NCBI RefSeq assembly: GCF_009914755.1
Contig: NC_060926.1
Source: the human T2T-CHM13v2.0 reference genome, Homo sapiens
Reading direction: 5' to 3' (one strand)
Length of the DNA stretch: 64,000 nt
The notes beneath the pieces are model-generated. The model saw only the letters and a list, made by a program, of their open reading frames with translations. It had not been told where the DNA came from and ran no database searches. Shown one piece after another: positions 31,796-51,162 of this stretch. The translations under genes and the position numbers were made by a program. Positions within the stretch are counted from its first letter, which is position 1. Each line of letters starts with the position of its first letter.

Positions 31796-33659
31796 GTGTT
31801 TTGGAAGTATTCTACCCCTGTACACTAGTACAAAGGAAGATAAGACACTGTCCTTGAGACTAAACGGAATGTAACACTAAATTGTGAGGCACAGCCTAAC
31901 CTCACAGCCTTATAAAATTTAAGGCCTGATAAGTCGCTCAGTTTCAGAATGCCCTGTGTCTCGAGGGTGGCTGAGACCCAGTTTGGGTGATGATAGCAAG
32001 CTGTAATTGACAAAAGCTGCCATCTATACTAGTCCAAAGAACAAAATGCTAGAATTTTTAAATTATTAAGGCAACTATAAACATTAGCCAGTCTCTGGGA
32101 AATGTCAAATAGCACTTTTTAGAGATTTTTTTTTTTTAAGTCATCACAGTTAAGATGCTGCCCTTGATGTGTACGTGTACCCACAAGCATTCTTGAGAGT
32201 GATTGACTGGGTTAACCTGATTAGGAGTTTGAATTTCTGTAAGGTTGGAAGAAAGAAAGATGTCGTTTATTGGAAGAACCAGCTTTCTCTTCTTGGGGAC
32301 TCCGGGGCTGCCATGTTTGGTGTTGTTCTTAGGTTATGCAGGGAAGCCAGACTGATTTGGCCTTCATCTGCTCAGCTGGATCTGCCTCAGGGCTCGGATG
32401 GAGCTGAGCCAAGATGAGAGTGTCTGGGCTTCCACCTGTGTAGGCTACATCTGATATTGAATCCCAGGAAGGAGTGTCAATGGAGTGGCTTCAGATTTTC
32501 CAGCCTCCCTGCCTCTGAGAACCCTGGGACATGTGGACCGTGGAATGCCTCTCTCACAGGAACTTTGTGAGGGCAGCAGAAGGGCTGCCTCTTCTTCCTC
32601 ACTAGTCTCCTTCATATAAACACTGACCTTACAATATGTTCATTTCTAAATGGTTACCCCATCTGGGACTTCTCTTCGCAGTGACTGCTCCTGCAGCTGA
32701 GCCCTTCCTCCCCCACCCCTTTTCCTTCCTCTCCCTGCCAGGACCTGAGTGTTACCCCTCCGCCCCCTCTCCCCCTCCACGAGATGCTGGGCACAGTGTA
32801 GGGCACATGTCTGCCAGTGAGAGCCACACCTTCCACCTGTCCTGCCATCAGGAGCTCTGACCTGGCCTTCCCAGCCATCCTCAGCTGCTCCATGGGTCCC
32901 TGAGGTCCTGATTGCAGTGCTGTCACTTGTAACAGGAAGTGAGCTAAGTCCTTATTTCCCCTGCTTGAGGTCCTAGTTAGGACTCAGATCTTTGGGGTTT
33001 GATTCAGAAGTGCTTGGCACTTAGGGAGAGCACTTTGACTTTTGGTTTAATTTTTCAATTTACAAATACGTGCTTTCCAATGTAACAGCCACAAAAATAA
33101 AACCAAACAAATCCCCTATCTCCCTAGCCTGGAACTCTTCCTGTCACTTGGATGTTGGAGTAGCCTGTGAACCTAACTTATTACAATATGTCTGAGAAAA
33201 GCATTTTGAGTTGCAAATGCTGGATTTAAATGTGAAGGTTTGTAACACCACAATCTGTGTTATGGGATGGCCCCCATTTTTATGCTTCAAGCTTATTAAC
33301 AGGATTACCATTAATAAGCAATAATCTTATCAATAAATTAGACCACTCCTGAAAAACATTAGCACACTTCTAGCATATAGCAAACCTTCAGTAAATGCTA
33401 GCTTCTGCTGTCAACACCACCATTGGCATTTTTATGATAGAAAGAGTCATACTTGCTATGCCTATGTTCATATAAATGGTCTATTTAAAAACACAAGGAA
33501 GGCTGTGATTGATTCCAAAGAGGTGGAGGTATGGTTTAATACTGCTGATGGAACACTGGCAAATGCTGGGAATCATAACGATGGGCACCCAAAATCAGAT
33601 CCTGAACTCTGGTAAGTGAGATTAAGTGTAGTGTCTCTGACCACAAATGGAATTGAAGT

Positions 33660-33740
33660 TTATTCATTTGCTCATTCATTCAATTAGCAAGCATTTATTG
33701 AGCACTTACTATGTGCTGTGCTGTGCTATTCAGAAAAGGA
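33660..33740 (-). mobile_element. L2 3' end fragment
   Basis: cattcattca...caagcatttattgagcacttactatgtgc. Confidence 0.7.
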
Positions 33741-34953
33741 AAAGATAGCCATGGATACTCTAGGGAAGGCTTCAGCATTTATGTGGGATTTTTTAAAATA
33801 GGCAACCAGAGAGGGTGATAAGTCCAGGCTGCAGCAGCAGGAGGAGTAAAGACAGTCAGAATTGTGACAGGATGTCCTGGGCCACTGCAAGGAAATAGTT
33901 TTGTCTTTACTTCTAAACCGTAAAGAATATAAACAAAGCTAAACCCTTCAGACCCTTTGATCCTAAATAACTGACCCTGAGCTAATTTACCAGCCTTCTG
34001 ATACAGTGTGTATCATCTTGGTGTGTGGCTAAAGCAGCCTGATCCAGGAGCTGGGTTCTGAATGCACTTTGGCCCTGTGCACTCCCATTTAACAGGCGTG
34101 GAGTTGAGGGCCTAGGTGACTGGAATCCAGATAGGGAAAGAGGCATCGGTGGACATGGCCCCTGTTCTCAAGGACGCAGCCAGCGTTAGTTCTAACAGTG
34201 GGGCAGTGTGAGTGGCCCAGGTGATGATGACCTGTGGTTGCAAGGGGATCCCATATGGCTCAGCATCTTTAAATTAGAAGTGACTCTTTGTAGAAGCTAT
34301 GTAGGGTGAGTATTGCTTCGCTTTTTGACCATGTTCTTTCTGCTCTTTTGCCAAGATGTTTACAAAAGGTTTTTTGTACCTTTTTTCTGTGCTGGTTTTC
34401 TTTCTTGGAGATTAAATGTGAATTCTGCAGTCATAGTATACCTTCTCCTGCTGGTACTTCACCTGCGCTGGATATGGGAAGGTTTTCCATTTCGTGTTGC
34501 TGAGGAAATAATAAGTCAGTCTCTCTGGATCATCTTGAATAGATGTTATAAGCTTTAAGGGTCAAATTCTCTGTTTGACTTTATAATTGTATTTTTGTTT
34601 CTAAAGATTTTCTCCTGCACCGTTTCTGCATTAACCATTCTGTTGTTTGTTCCCACTCCCCCACCCCCAGCAAATGTTTTTAATTTGGAAAGTATATTTA
34701 AAGGTTCAAAGGAATTTAATGAGACATGAATTCTTTTGTGAGTAATCTTTGTTAAAAAGAGGATACATTATCTCCAAGTTACATAATTTTACTCTTAACT
34801 CTGATACTTTTTAGACAATTTTTTTCATTATCTTCCTATCAGAGTTTCTCCCTCGCTCCTCTTCTCTGTAGAGTGATTTAGCAGCTTATTTCCCCTGGTA
34901 AGCCACATTCTTCTAATTTACCAAAATACATTGTATGGAACATACTTTGATAA

Positions 34954-35466
<513 letters not shown>

Positions 35467-35983
35467 TAAGCCTCAGTTTACTAATCTGTAAACACAATAA
35501 GGCTGTACTTAATGGTCTTTAAGTGATCCTTCTGCTCTGGAATTCTTTAAATCGATTATTTGGACTGTCAGGCTCTTTGTATATAAGAGAAGAAAGTATA
35601 AAAACTCTCCTCTCGGTTTTTGTTGTTTTAAGCCTTAGAAAATTCATTACTGTTTATTACCTCCTGGTAAATGGGAATTGTTGAGTGAGTTTGTTAATAT
35701 CAGCTCGAGGATCTTCTTACCAAACTTACAAACTTATTTTTGTCTAATTGAGGCCGATTGTACAGGCAAGAGGGCCGAATTTCTGTACAACTTAGTTAAA
35801 ATGGAGCTCACGGCTTAAAATGTAAGCAGTGGAAGTAGGAGCTCTCAATCAAGGAAATGAAAATATTCGAGATAGACATGCTTTACCGAGATATGCAGCA
35901 GCTGGAACAAAGAAGAAACCACAAAGGCTGGCAACTGTCAGTAGTCAGACTGGTCACCAGGTGTGTGTCAAGCAAGGAGAATA

Positions 35984-36281
35984 CAGTCAGTCCCCTGTAT
36001 CTATAGTTCTACATCTATGGATTCATCCAGCCATGGAGCAGAAATACCCAAGGAAAAAAATCGATAAAAAATAATAAGAATTTAAAAATACAGTCTCACA
36101 ACTATTTACATTGTATTAGGTATTATAAGTAATCTAGAGATTATTTAAAATATATAGGAGGATGTTTGTAGGTTATGTGCAAATATTATACCATTTTATA
36201 GTAGGAACTTGAGCATCTGAGGATTTCGGTATCCTCAGGGGGCCCTGGAAGTGATCTCCAGTGCATAGTGAAGGATGACTA
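35984..36281. mobile_element. MER2 (Tigger-family) non-autonomous DNA transposon
   Basis: termini cagtcagtccc / ggatgacta with TA on both sides; internal tgtattaggtattataagtaatctagaga. Confidence 0.85.
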
Positions 36282-39200
36282 TAGCTCCAGGTGGGTGGGG
36301 AAAGGAGCTCTCTGCATCTGAGCTGTGGGGCCTGTTTTTAAGGTTTCTAGTTTCTAAACTCCATGCCCTGTGCTGAGTTTAGAAGAGGAACTTGTTACAG
36401 TCATTCTTTGTTATCAGTGTAGCACTTAACATTTCTCTTCTACTACTGCAGGGACCCAGATTCTCCGCTCCTACGTCAGAGAATTTCTCTGTGATTTATA
36501 CTGTGCTTTCAGGATGCGGTGGGTCACTCTGGTGGTTGTTGGGTGTTCTTTTACAATGGGACTCTGAAGTAGCTGATAAATAAGTGGCCCTAATGGAAAA
36601 GTGCTGAGGCACAACTCTAATTCACTTTCAAAGGAAGTGAAATGGCCTTGTTCCAGAAGAGGGATTTGGCATGTCTGCTGGAGAGAAATACTAGAGAACA
36701 TTATACGAGTTGACTGATAGTCCTTCCACAAGCTTTCCTGTCCTCCCACCACTGTCCCACCACTTTAACAGAGTATGTGGCACCCAAGGCGCTTTAGACC
36801 GTATTTACCTAGTTATGATGAATGGGTCATTTGTATTATCCCAGAACTTGATCACTTTATTAACTTCAACAAAAATAGTGAACTTGTGCTCAATTTAGTC
36901 AAGCTGTTTTAAAATTAGGAAACATTACTGTGTTAATTTTAACAGTGTTAAAAGCATCCCATTTGGGGTTGTTTTCTGCTCGATGTTCTTTATGGGTCTC
37001 CTGCCATGTGAAGTGACAGTGGGTGTGAGCTGAGCTTTTCCAGGAGGCTGCCGTGATTATAGAGCAGAGCTTTCTGATTTCTGCTGTGCGCATTCATTAG
37101 CTTCTGCGTGTGCCCTTGAGCTAGACCTCCTGTGGAATGGGAGGGTTTCACCTCTAGATTTGAGCAAAGTCTACCTGGCCTAATGGGTTTGCTCATTTCT
37201 TGTGTGCTACATGTTTTTTAAACTAAATGCATATTTTGAAAGGACGTGAGCAAAGGCCTATTTCATGATATCTGTTAACAAGCTAGGAGTCTGGTAGATT
37301 CTTCATTGCCTCCCTTCCTGCCCCTGAAGTTGAATCTCAGTTAAGAGGAAATGGCAAGATTTTTCAAGTACCATTGAAGAGTAAGATTCAGGTTGTATAG
37401 ACTCTATGCAGCACTATTTAGTGATTAGAAGGCAGGCTGCTACAAACAGGGCAGCAGAGAACACTCAGTGTTAGAAGAATCAGAATAATATGTGAAGGAC
37501 CGTATACAGAAATCTCTTAGAAGTATTTGCATGTTATGATCCAGGTAAACAAATTGCCTTTTGGTGGGAAAGGTGTTTTGGCATATGAGGATTGGCAGGT
37601 AAAGGAAGGGTGATGCCAGACCTCTGTTCACAGCCTCCTCATGGGGCTGGCCCCTAGGGGATTGGGTGCAGAAGTTCTTCCTAAGGTCCTTTATTGAGCT
37701 TGCTACAGAGAATGAAATTGTCTGTTAACCATGTAGTACAGTGACAGGTTTTTTTATTTTTATTTTTTGACAAAGATTATAAAAATAAGTTGGCTAGGTT
37801 TAAAGATTATTTCACTATACAGATTTTCTTTGTAAAGATATTTATTAGAGTGGGATTGGTTTGGACAACTATATATCACATCAAAATGCATGACATGGAC
37901 ACCTCTTTCCTTTATTAAAAACAGACCTAGAAGCCTTTAAAGGTATGTTTTAAATCAGAAAGAAGTTGGGTAATGGGTTCTATTTTTTACCTTTCAAAAT
38001 ACTTTCTGAGTGGATTATAGAACACTGTGTTTAATTTTCCAGGAAACAAGCATGATTGCTATCCAGTTTTCCTAAAACTGGTCATTGCCCTGGACTTATT
38101 GGCATGGACTTTCCATAGGTTAGACCACAACTTTAGCAAATGTTCTTCTTTGTTCAGCTTAGAGATGTCTCCCTCTGCCTTGCCCCACCAAGCCCACCCT
38201 CACCAAAAAACGGACTTTCCTCCACATCTTGAAATGTGCTTCTTATCCAGATGTTAGATATGGTGTGTGTGTGTGTGTGTGCACAACAAGTGTATAATTA
38301 ATTTCGCTGTAGAGATTCTAGCAGTGGGTTTATTGTAGCATGAAATTATTGCTTTACCTTTGGGTTTTTGGGGCCCTGAGTAGTGTCTAGGATTTTGAAA
38401 GCGTTTATGGGTAAATACTGAATGTGAGTCTGACTTTTGCATAGGTGACAACTGAGAATCTACTGTAGGCATGCCTGAGAGGGCAGAGTGGCCCAAGTTA
38501 CCTGCTCAGAGGGTGGGGAGCACCTGGGCACATAGCTAAGCCACTGAAATCTTCCTGCCCTATTCACTGGCACCTCTATTGGTGGCTTCGAAAATGCCTC
38601 AGAAAGCTGAGATAGCTGGCAGGTGGTGGCTTATGGCCCTGCTGCAGCTTTCAGCTCGGCTTAATCGTATTTGAAATTGAGAATCAGCCAAGAGCTGTGG
38701 AAGTGCTGAGGCTGCTCTGTTGCAGATTTTGGTGCCGAAGCTCTAGTGGCTGGGAATCTGAAAACAGGCCTGTGGAATCTTAACATCTCCTGTACCTGTT
38801 TAGATACAATCTAGGGCATTTTTGCAATCCTTTATTTGGAATGTCTTTTATGGTCACATATTTTTAATCCTTTCAGTTGTTATAAATTTATAAACTGTTC
38901 TAAGGAGTCAGGGGAAGAAGGGAAATAGGCAACACTTTTGAGGCTCTAAAGCATCTTTTTATTCTCTAGGGCTGCAGCATTATGTCAGATGTTCATGACT
39001 GTTCTGGCTCTGAAATGAATTACGGGTTATGAATATGGCTGCCTGCCCCTTCTACCTGTGCCTTGGTGGGTGCATTCACCATGAGGCATGTGAGGAGAAG
39101 GGTCTCAGTGCTCAGGCAGGAGCCTAGAAAATGTTCCAAGCTGTGTTACTGTAGGGAGGTAAGAAGGTTTGGGGAAGACAGTGTAGTCCTGTTAGCCCTC

Positions 39201-40057
39201 CGGGAGATTTTATACACCCTACTTATGAAGGGCCTAGAGAGAAGCTAGACGCTGTCCTTGGATTACCGTACATTCGATCCATTTAAAATCCCCAACAAGT
39301 AATTAGCTGAGTCTTTCTAATGGGAAAGATTTGTGTGGTAGCTGGCAAAGTGCATAGAATATTCACTTAAATGTGTATACACTGTGGATATGCACCAGGA
39401 GGATACAGAGGCATAGGTGCATGCTGTCGTGAAGTCAAGGTTTCAGGTGTTTCTTGCTCGCTGGGAGGATGAGTAGGCAGGGCACGTGTTGGATTGCCCT
39501 TTGGAGGATGCAGCGAGAGGGGATATGCCAACACAGTCAGGCCTGGAGCCACCCAGGTGGCTGTTGAATGAAGGAATGAGAGAGGATGATATGGATAGTG
39601 AGGAAGAGAAGGACTGAGATCTTAGTAGGGGGAAATGGAAGGGTGCAGGTAGGACGGATGGCACTGGTCGGCAGCTGGATGCTGGGTCAGAGCCTGTTGG
39701 GCAGCCAGAGGGTTTTCAGAAGACAGATGGCCCAACTCGACTTCTGTCCCCTGCACCTTGGTCCCACTGAAGATGTCCCCAGTGCTAAGAAGGCTTTACC
39801 CAGGCACTATGTCTCCCTCTAGGCTCTCATTTGCCCTCAAGTCACTGTATATTTTCTTGTCCTGAAAGATAATAATCTGACTAAGATCAACAGTACTTCA
39901 TGTTGGGCTTAACCCATAAACCAAATTAGGTTAATTTTAGATTTTCCTCAATGTAATAACAGGAGGGGTTTTTAAAAGGCAAAAACGTGTACTATGTACT
40001 TGCTTCTAAGATTTCTTGAGAATTAGCAAAATTATTTTGCGGTAGTTGTTTTTGTAA

Positions 40058-40407
<350 letters not shown>

Positions 40408-40966
40408 TAACAAATACTTAGGTGATATGAGTCTTACTGACTTGGTCAGAGGTAAACATAACTTATTTTTATAATAAAAAACACCAAAAAATGCGGTATG
40501 ATATAGAATGTGTATATAAGTCTACACATATATTTGAAGCTTAGGAATATGATTATACTATTACTACTGAGCCAACTTTTAGTGTTCTCGGTGCTGTGGA
40601 ATTGTACACATAGAATCTGCCCATTTAATTAATAAGTTGGGAATTCCAAACAGCAGAAAGCTCCCCAGAGCTGCAGAGAAGAATCTAGCAGCATGCCACC
40701 TGCTTGTGGTGTTAAGTACTGAAGCTTTGCTGTGTGCCACATGATTGTCAGATTTCCTCATCAAACACTTTATGGTGAATTCTGTCTCTTTCCAGGAATA
40801 ATGGAGAATTCTGACAACTCAGTCAACATAACTTTAAGAAAAAGAAGCATTTGGTTTTTACCACTTTTCAACTAATGATACTGCCAGAAAAATAAACTGG
40901 GGCAAACAATATCAAAATGACGTTTAAGTAAATTTTGTTGAAAGCCTGAACTGAATTGCTTAGTGA

Positions 40967-41203
<237 letters not shown>

Positions 41204-41469
41204 TAACTCAGTCAGTAACTTTGAAAGTCTGTGATAACCAGCATTGAAGCCAACTGTGTTTATAACATGATGGAAAGTGTGTTTGTGCTAAAAGCATATC
41301 TGTGAGGTGTGCTAAGAGGTCATCCTCAACAGTTTGGGGCTTCTTCCTTTAAAATATGTGATTAACTTGCTTCTGGAATTGAAAAAGTAATTCTGCAGTA
41401 AGTTATTTTGAAGTGAGGGGTAGTTTTGAAGTGAGGGGTAGTTTAACACTCATTAGGTGTTTATTACTA

Positions 41470-41829
<360 letters not shown>

Positions 41830-42282
41830 CTACCTGTAACACAGTTGTGTGAGGTACACAGCAGCCTCACTGTACAGGCAGAGTCATCACACCTGGATGA
41901 GAGCAGAGCCCTATTTCTAGGGAAAACATGTTTCTGTTTTATTCATACAGCAGGGAAGAAGCACGTCTTAAATGCAGTTCCAGATGAACCAATGAGACAT
42001 GATTTGGCCCCTCACATGGCTTTCTCTAATCCTCTGTGTGTCTGCCTTGAGTCCTGAGAATAATTCAAAGCCATGACAAGACTAGAGAGTAATTTCAATA
42101 GGACACTCTAGTTTCCTATTGGTCCAATAGGTCCAATAGGGTATGGTAATTGAGGTATTACAGAAGTATTAATAGAACGAGATTGGAAATGCTTACAGAC
42201 AGATCCTAGTGGGGGTAAAGCTAAGGATTTAGTGTAACACACAAGCAATAATATTTGAGTTTCTTAGTTTATAAAATTATGA

Positions 42283-42636
<354 letters not shown>

Positions 42637-43088
42637 TAAGATAGATGGAGGAAATTGCTGTTCACATAGACATAAAATACCAATTTTCCTCAAGTTGTTG
42701 CAGCTACTATATCAGGTTTGCCATCATGTGTGAAGTGAACTGTTTCAATATGTCCCTCCATCATGATGTGTATTCAGCTGTAAGCTGGGGCGAGGCCAGT
42801 GTTCCCTGATGTCCTCCTGAACTGTAACCCCCTCTTCCTTTAGATACAGGCAGAGATGGGCCAGTGAGGCCTGATCAAGTGTCCTGGAGAATTTGGGGCC
42901 CTAAGAGCAAGGGGTTGGGCTCCTGGTAGAACAAGCTCAGATGGACTCTAATGTGGAGTTCTTTTGTACCCTGTTTGGCACAGCCTTCGTCTTCTGTATT
43001 GGATTTTCCAAAATTATAAAGACATAGGATAGAGTAGCCAAATGTTTGACTATTTACTGTTTATTTCATATGCAATAAACCCACTCTA

Positions 43089-43820
<732 letters not shown>

Positions 43821-43898
43821 TTATTAAAATATGCCCTGGCACAAATCAAGAAATATATTCAATACCACACCCTGCTCCTACTGTGATGTACATAATGA

Positions 43899-44102
<204 letters not shown>

Positions 44103-44932
44103 TAGAGAGATTTGCTGGTTTGGTTTCTGAGAAGTAGATTGGAAAAGGGAGCTTAAAACAGAGACAACTGCTTAATGATAAAGTATAGCTTTTAATGAAA
44201 TAGTGATACAGTTCTCCAAGTAAAAGTGTGAATGACAGTAAGTATCTGTTTTAAGACATTGGCAGTGGACCTGATCCATCTTAAACAATGGATTGAAAGA
44301 GTTCCTCAAGGCAGCAGAAGGTAGCATGTGCACTCGCCACAAATCCATGCTTATCTGCATGTGCTCTTCCTAATTTGGTATGTGAGCAGGAAATTGGGAG
44401 CTTTTGACTTGACCCAGACCTCTTCCCCTGCACTCTGTTGTCTGAGGCCTTTGGTTTCCTTGGCTTTCTGACAGAGGTTTCTCGTGAAGTTGTAATAGAG
44501 CCTTCCTTGGCTAACTTTCCCTTCTTAAATTTGTGATCATCAAGGTCTTTCTGAAGTTTTTCTTCTGCTTAGCACCCATCACTGGCTCACCAACCGCACT
44601 CCTGCATTAAAGCAGTTACATCCCTTGCTCCTAGTGAGCTACTTAAGTTTCCCTGGGCAGCAGTGGTGTGAGTCGGTGGAGCTGGAGAGCTGCTGGAGCC
44701 AGCAGCCATGGGGACACCTTGTGAGGAGGCCCTGTGGGGAGGTTGGTGAGGGGAGCTGAACCGAATCTTGCCCTGCACCAGATCCCCGTCCCTTCTGCTT
44801 TCCGGATGATGACTGCTCTTGGCGCCATCACCCCTGATGGTTCTGACCACTGGTTCAGAACAGTCCTCTAGTCATGAGTGGGTGATTTGAGATGAGTGAT
44901 GTAGTGCAGACTTCAAAGCCATCCCTGCTTAT

Positions 44933-45477
<545 letters not shown>

Positions 45478-46749
45478 GTGAGACTGTGGTACTGGACATC
45501 TCATGATGGTTTGCACAAGCTTACAGGATCCTCACATGTATCCCTGCTAATTTCTGTCCAGGTGAGAGTTGGAGAGCAGCCAGCTTTCCTCTGTTGATGA
45601 TAAATTTAATCTAAACCAAAAGTCTCATGGCAACTCCAGGTTGGCCAGAGAAAAGCTGTTGCACATTTACTTTTGCCACTTGCCTTTTAAAGAGTCTGCA
45701 GACTTGGGATCTAATCCCACATCCCTGACTATCTGTGTCAGGTTGGCAAGGCATCTAACCTCAGTGTCTGGTGCCCTCAGTGATGAACTGTGGCTAGTGG
45801 TTCTTGTCCTACTTCCTGCAGGCGCTTGCCGCACCCAGTGGGACAGCAGCAAGGCAGATACTCCCAAAAAACAGGTAGCTCTTGGCACGAGTGTTTTGCT
45901 CTTCTTTTCCTTCCTTACCTTCTACTTGTGTTTCTCCTATCATCCTCCTTTGGAAAAGTATTGGATTTTTCTTCTATCTATAGCACGCCTCCCATTCCCA
46001 ACACTTCAGCGTCTGGCCCTTTCGTGGGGTCCCTCTCACAAACAGCCTGCTGACACTGCAGGTCCCTTGGAACAGGGACCATTCCTTTTCCTCTCAGTAC
46101 CTGGGCAGCTCCCTCTCAACTCCAACTTATCTCTCCACACGATGGGCAGAGATTTGGTGATTTCGGGTTTCATTCTTCAGACAGCGCCCCTGTAGAACTC
46201 CTCCACAGTGTCCCTTGATGCAGTGTGGGTGTGGGGAGGGGCCAAGATCTTGACCCTCCTGACCAGGAGAAGGAGCTGCTGTGACTCTACAGCCCCGGTC
46301 TCACAGCCACTGGGTTTATCATCTGCCTTTTGGGATCAGCAAAAGGGTTTCCTAAAGAGGTGCCGCTGCTCTTGAGAACAGAAACCTAGTGAAGATGGCA
46401 CTTTTTGATGTTGAGAATATTAGGATGGCTTGGAGCTGCTGTAAGCCAGGGTAGGTTTTAGGTTTTATGAATGCTGTTTGTTTATATTAAATACAAAAAT
46501 AAAAAAATAACTTGTGCTGATTTTTATGCTAATCAAGATGGCTTTGTGGATGCAGTTAAAGGTCTGCAAACCACATAAGTGAAGGAAGGAATAAATGGAA
46601 CAATTATGCTAACAAATGACCCAGTCTTGGGGAATAGATGCTATGTATCTTGTTACCAGCGAATGGGCAGAGTTGTGTTCCTGTTTGAGATTGCAGAAGG
46701 AGCTGTGTGAAGAGGGTGAGGTGATGCTGACGGTTCTGCTTCCCCCTAG

Positions 46750-47016
<267 letters not shown>

Positions 47017-48114
47017 TAGTGGTACAGCAGACACAGGTGGTCCCCAGAAGGCAGGTGGTCAGCCGGGCTGGGGTAGAAGTGAGGTGGAGCATGGAGAGGA
47101 TGTCGAAGCCTCCGTGCCCATCCACTCCTCTTTCTCAGAACCAGCCCCATGAGGTCGCTCCTACACCACCCCTATGGTATAGTGTTAAAAGAAGCACCCT
47201 GATAAGAATGAATGTGATGACTGAGCAGTTCCAAAGTAGTCAGCTTGTAAGTGTGGGCTGTTTAGGTGACTTGCACCACAGAAGACTGTTGCGTATTTTG
47301 CACTCCTAAGTATCTGAGGGAATAAGTGGATTATTTGGAGGAATTTTCCAGCATATATATTTGTCAGGGCCTCTGCTCAGTTGAATTGAAACCTTAAAGT
47401 GACTTCTAAAGGTTTCCATTTTAATTGTTTGTCCCCGACAAGGTAATGGACATCGGTGACCTGATGGGCCCTTCAGTTTCCCATCCTCTCTGCCCTGGAC
47501 TCCTCACCTTTTGAGCTTGTTTACTTGCCCGCATGGCACCTCTGCTGGAAGGTGCTAGAGGGATAGAAAACAGATATGTCATCATTTCTTCTCTATTGCC
47601 TGGGCAGAAAATCAGCACTAATAAATAGAAAACCAGATTCAGGCTCGCAGAGAAGAGCCCTGTTGGAGGAGTCGGTAGCGTGGAGCTCTCACGCTGTGTT
47701 GGTTGTATGGCTTGGCCAGGGCAGTTTGCCCTGGGCTGGGGGCAGCGAGGGGGTCAGTTTCCCTTCCCTGGAATCCACTGGGGAGCTCTCATGGGGGGAC
47801 CTAGTGACCTTTCCGGATTGGGCCTCTGTATGTGTTCATTATCTTTGTGTAGCCCACCCCAATGACAGTGGTTTATGAAGAGCTAACTGTGTTATATACA
47901 CGAGTGAGATTCTGCTAACATGTGTCATGCAATATGTTTGTTTTGTGAGAATTGGTTTTCTTTTGGCTCTGTGCTCCAGTTTTCATTATAAATTTAATAG
48001 AAAATATGCTTCTGTGAAAACTGTTTCTTGTGCCATATGTAAACCTTTTTAGTTTCTAACACTAAACTGGGCACTAAAATACACTGGGTGTTGCTGTCTT
48101 AGAGAAATGTATAA

Positions 48115-48366
<252 letters not shown>

Positions 48367-48704
48367 TGATAAATGTTAATAACGTAAAACTGTTGTAAAC
48401 CATTCAGCTGCTTGAATTGGAAACTATGTTAAGAATTTGAAAAACTAGTCCAGAGAGCCGGACTTGGGTGAAACTCTGACCTTTTTAGCCCCAGGTATAT
48501 TTATCAAGATGTCAGGTAAGTTTCCTGTTGGCATCGAATTGCACGTTCACTTTTCAAATGGTGGCATCTAGCCCTGGTTACCGTCATGGAGTGTGTGGGG
48601 CCAAGAGGCCTGCCAGAGTTTAAAGCTACTCCTGCTGGTAGTTATTTGCAAGGGTTTACTGTGGGGCTTTGTGTTTTTTTGAAGGGAAAAATGAAGGTGA
48701 AAGA

Positions 48705-49025
<321 letters not shown>

Positions 49026-49599
49026 TAAGGCCTATTCCCAGAGGTCTATTTTTTCACAAAACTTAAGCATGAGGTAACATTTGCAGCGAGGGGTAGGGTG
49101 ATTTTTTTTTTCTCCTCCATCTTCTTCCTCACTTAAACCCTGAAATTGTGTCTTAACCATTGACTCCTTCTATACCTATCCTTTTTCAGTGAAGACTTTT
49201 AGACATTAGGTTTTGATTTTTGCCCTTTTATGATATTTATTTAAAAACAGCATTTGGAATTTTTTCATTATAAAAACTGAAATTAGACCTCAGTTGAACT
49301 TGATGCGTGTTTTTTGGACATTCAGTTTGTATATTTTTCAGTCATTTTTTACATAGTAAGCACAATTTGTCCATCAGTAGATCATAGGAACCAGGAGTCT
49401 TACGTTCTTCTTCCCAGCTGTGTAAGTTTTCAGAGCTTCAGATAGCATCCATGTAAAATGGGAATAATTGTATTCTGCCCTCTTTATCTACATTGTTATA
49501 TTAAATGAGCACGTGCATTTAAATACTTCAGAAACAATAGTGGGAAGTCTTTTTAAAAAGGCAAAACTCTTCTTTGCTTTTAGGTGTCAGATGTGCTTA

Positions 49600-49790
49600 A
49601 TCTTTGGAATGGGGAAGAGATGGGAAGGGCACATGAGGCTTCTGGGAGCTGAGGATGTTTTGTTTCTGGGTGCTGGTTACATAGGTATATTTGACTTAGT
49701 GAAAATTAGTGACACTGTGCAATTGTCATTTGTACACAAATCATATGTTCATTGTTAGACTTCAATTTAAAAGTTTACTTTAAAAAAGCA
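49600..49790 (+). mobile_element. L1ME-like 3' end fragment
   Basis: gggcacatgaggcttctgggagctg...tctgggtgctggttacataggtatat...acttcaatttaaaag. Confidence 0.65.
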
Positions 49791-50322
49791 ATTCATAAAA
49801 TAACGTGCTATACCAAAGTAGGCAGCTTTGTTAAGATGCGCTGTCGTTGAGACACAGCCCAGGGGCAGACTCAGATTTCCTGATTGGGTTACACAGCCCC
49901 AGTGTTTGCTGCATAAAGAAGGATGTCTTTTATCTTGGCGTCTGGCCGTGTTCTTAGATGTGCAGTGTTGGTTGGTGTTTGTCCTTGTTATATAAGCAGT
50001 TTCACAGTGTAAGGATTATGGGTATCAGGTCACCTGCAGAGTCTCACTGCCCTTACTGGCCCTGGCCTCGTTGCCGCTGTCTGCACAGGGCTCTTACTCT
50101 GCTTGCTAGGCTCAGGGTCCTTGGATGAGGGCCTCAGGATAGCACTTACTGATTCCATCTCCCATCAGGATTTCTTTCACATAAGCTTTTTATCTTCACC
50201 TTATCCTGTTACACGTTTTAATACAAAACAATGAGTCCCTGTAATCCATGAAAATCCTCCTTGAAACAAAACTAGTGAATCTGGTTTAAAATGCTGTTAA
50301 AATAAAAAAGGAATCTCTTTAG

Positions 50323-51162
<840 letters not shown>

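Noticed and set aside
45569-46195. 208-aa ORF on the + strand
   Set aside because: Non-ATG start, overlaps a MIR-like fragment, no recognisable domain or exon boundaries; the TANC1 frame is complete without it
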